21,499 nucleotides of DNA from Ginkgo biloba. Lineage: Eukaryota > Plantae > Ginkgophyta. The stretch lies in the NCBI GenBank assembly GCA_024626585.2, contig JANKJI020000002.1:102556054-102577552 (forward strand). Direction: 5' to 3'. Position numbers and translations under genes: made by a program. This document shows positions 20,246 through 21,499 of the stretch, piece by piece; within the stretch, counting starts at the first letter, position 1, and each line of letters starts with the position of its first letter. The notes beneath the pieces are model-generated. The model saw nothing but the letters and a program-made list of their open reading frames with translations. It was not told the DNA's origin and searched no databases.

Positions 20246-20726
20246 CAAATGTAACAATATGATTGTATTTTGAGGATGATTAGACCATGTAGACTATTAG
20301 TTAGAACTTAGAAATAAAGGAATAGAGGTTATTACATTTTGCCTCACCGAGGCAGAAAGCTCTTTTCCCCTATCTGCCTACTAGGACTTGGTTAATTACT
20401 TGTCAAAACAGCTTCTAGTTCAATTAAGGTTTCTCATCTTTCTCAAAGTACATTTGTAACAACTTTGATTCATATAACATATAGCATGTTTTAGAAAAAA
20501 AAAATGCACCCAATTTAGCCATCACTGTATGAATCTATAGCAGAAATTCCTGAAGGCTTCAAGTTTATTCTGACCTAAATTAACTACTCCCAAACTCGAG
20601 TAGCCTTGAACAATCCTAGGCCTACCTTTGGTTACCATTAGAAGGTCAATATTTAAGTACTGACCTACTTCAAACCTCCAAACTCTTGCCCGATGCTGTA
20701 GAAATGGCAGGTATCACATAAATCCA

Positions 20727-21354
20727 TGTTGACCGCTACAGTATGCCTTTCACTGGATTTCAGTTCGGCATTCGCTAGAGTTTGTACACTGTTCGCTGGA
20801 GTTTATACATCGTTCATTGGAAGTCATGACAATCGTTTGCCAAACCTTAAGGTCGTTCGTTGAAGGACAGTGCGCCATTCACTGACTGTAATTACAGTTT
20901 TGTCAAGTTTAAGAAGTAGAAATTAGACGCAGTTAAGAGTTGATTAAGGGATACCCCTTTGTTTTGTAACATCGCTGCTTTTGGGCTTGGAACTATTGTA
21001 CATGTATTTATTGTAAGCCGTTTGAGGCAATAGACACAGAAAGGGAGACATGATATCATATATTCAATAAATACATATTGAGATATTTTCCTAACGAGTA
21101 TTTTAGTCTGTAACAGCGTTACTGTACTACATAGAATTCTGTTTTAACAATTGATTTCCATGAATGATCACTATAATTCTGTTATAGCTTAAAACTGTGC
21201 ATTATAGATACATCCCAACCACCACGGTCAATGGCTCCAGTCTCTTTTCTCCAAACGCAGAGTTGTTGGTGAGAGTGGGAGCCCTGCTGTTAGGCTATTG
21301 AGGTCTTCCATTGATTGCGATAATTGCGTTGCTGTAAAGTCGATTTAGTCAACA
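20727..21354 (+). repeat. 5' LTR (about 628 bp) of a relatively young LTR retrotransposon that continues beyond the window
   Basis: 7-bp terminal inverted repeats TGTTGAC...GTCAACA; internal subrepeats (ttcactgga, ttcgctaga, ttcgctgga, ttcattgga, ttcgttga) at 20750-20885; AATAAA at ~21065; many CpGs retained; followed by a PBS. Confidence 0.8.
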
Positions 21355-21359
21355 ACATT

Positions 21360-21377
21360 TGGTTCCATTGCCGGGAC
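21360..21377 (+). promoter_or_regulatory. Primer-binding site complementary to the tRNA-Glu 3' end
   Basis: TGGTTCCATTGCCGGGAC is the reverse complement of ...GTCCCGGCAA(C/T)GGAA-CCA, the plant tRNA-Glu 3' end as I recall it. Confidence 0.75.
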
Positions 21378-21499
21378 GTACCCTCAATGTCTTTTGGGGA
21401 GGGAAGGAAGTTAGCACTGGCTGAACTTGTGCTAACCCTGGCTACTTTGGAGGCCGCAGTCACTTAGTAAAGCACCTAGAGGATAGCCTGGGGTCTTCG

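Noticed and set aside
20750-20890. Spaced short repeats resembling a CRISPR-like array
   Set aside because: Only about 9-bp degenerate motifs at irregular spacing inside an LTR; eukaryotic context with no cas genes.

Overview
AT-rich, gapped nuclear DNA from a land plant. The very old, un-purged retroelements suggest a gymnosperm-like genome (inference). Two host genes face each other tail-to-tail. On the + strand are the last six coding exons of a cytosolic tyrosyl-tRNA synthetase (171-1484), one of whose introns looks U12-type (minor spliceosome). On the - strand is the last coding exon of ENY2/SUS1 (14131-14204), which the ORF track misses; its upstream intron apparently runs more than 7 kb to the window end. 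The rest is mostly decayed mobile DNA: a Ty3/gypsy chromovirus with an in-frame protease/RT deletion, a second chromovirus nested inside it with LTRs only about 80% identical, another gypsy pol, an L1-type LINE endonuclease remnant, a cluster of tRNA-derived SINEs (one with a tRNA-Lys(CTT) anticodon arm), an RNase H fragment with a templated insertion, and a younger LTR with a tRNA-Glu primer-binding site. I found no evidence of a wholly new multi-gene system. The best leads are RNA-processing ones (the U12 intron, possible ENY2 3'UTR introns and poison exon implying NMD) and possibly undescribed SINE and LTR families.
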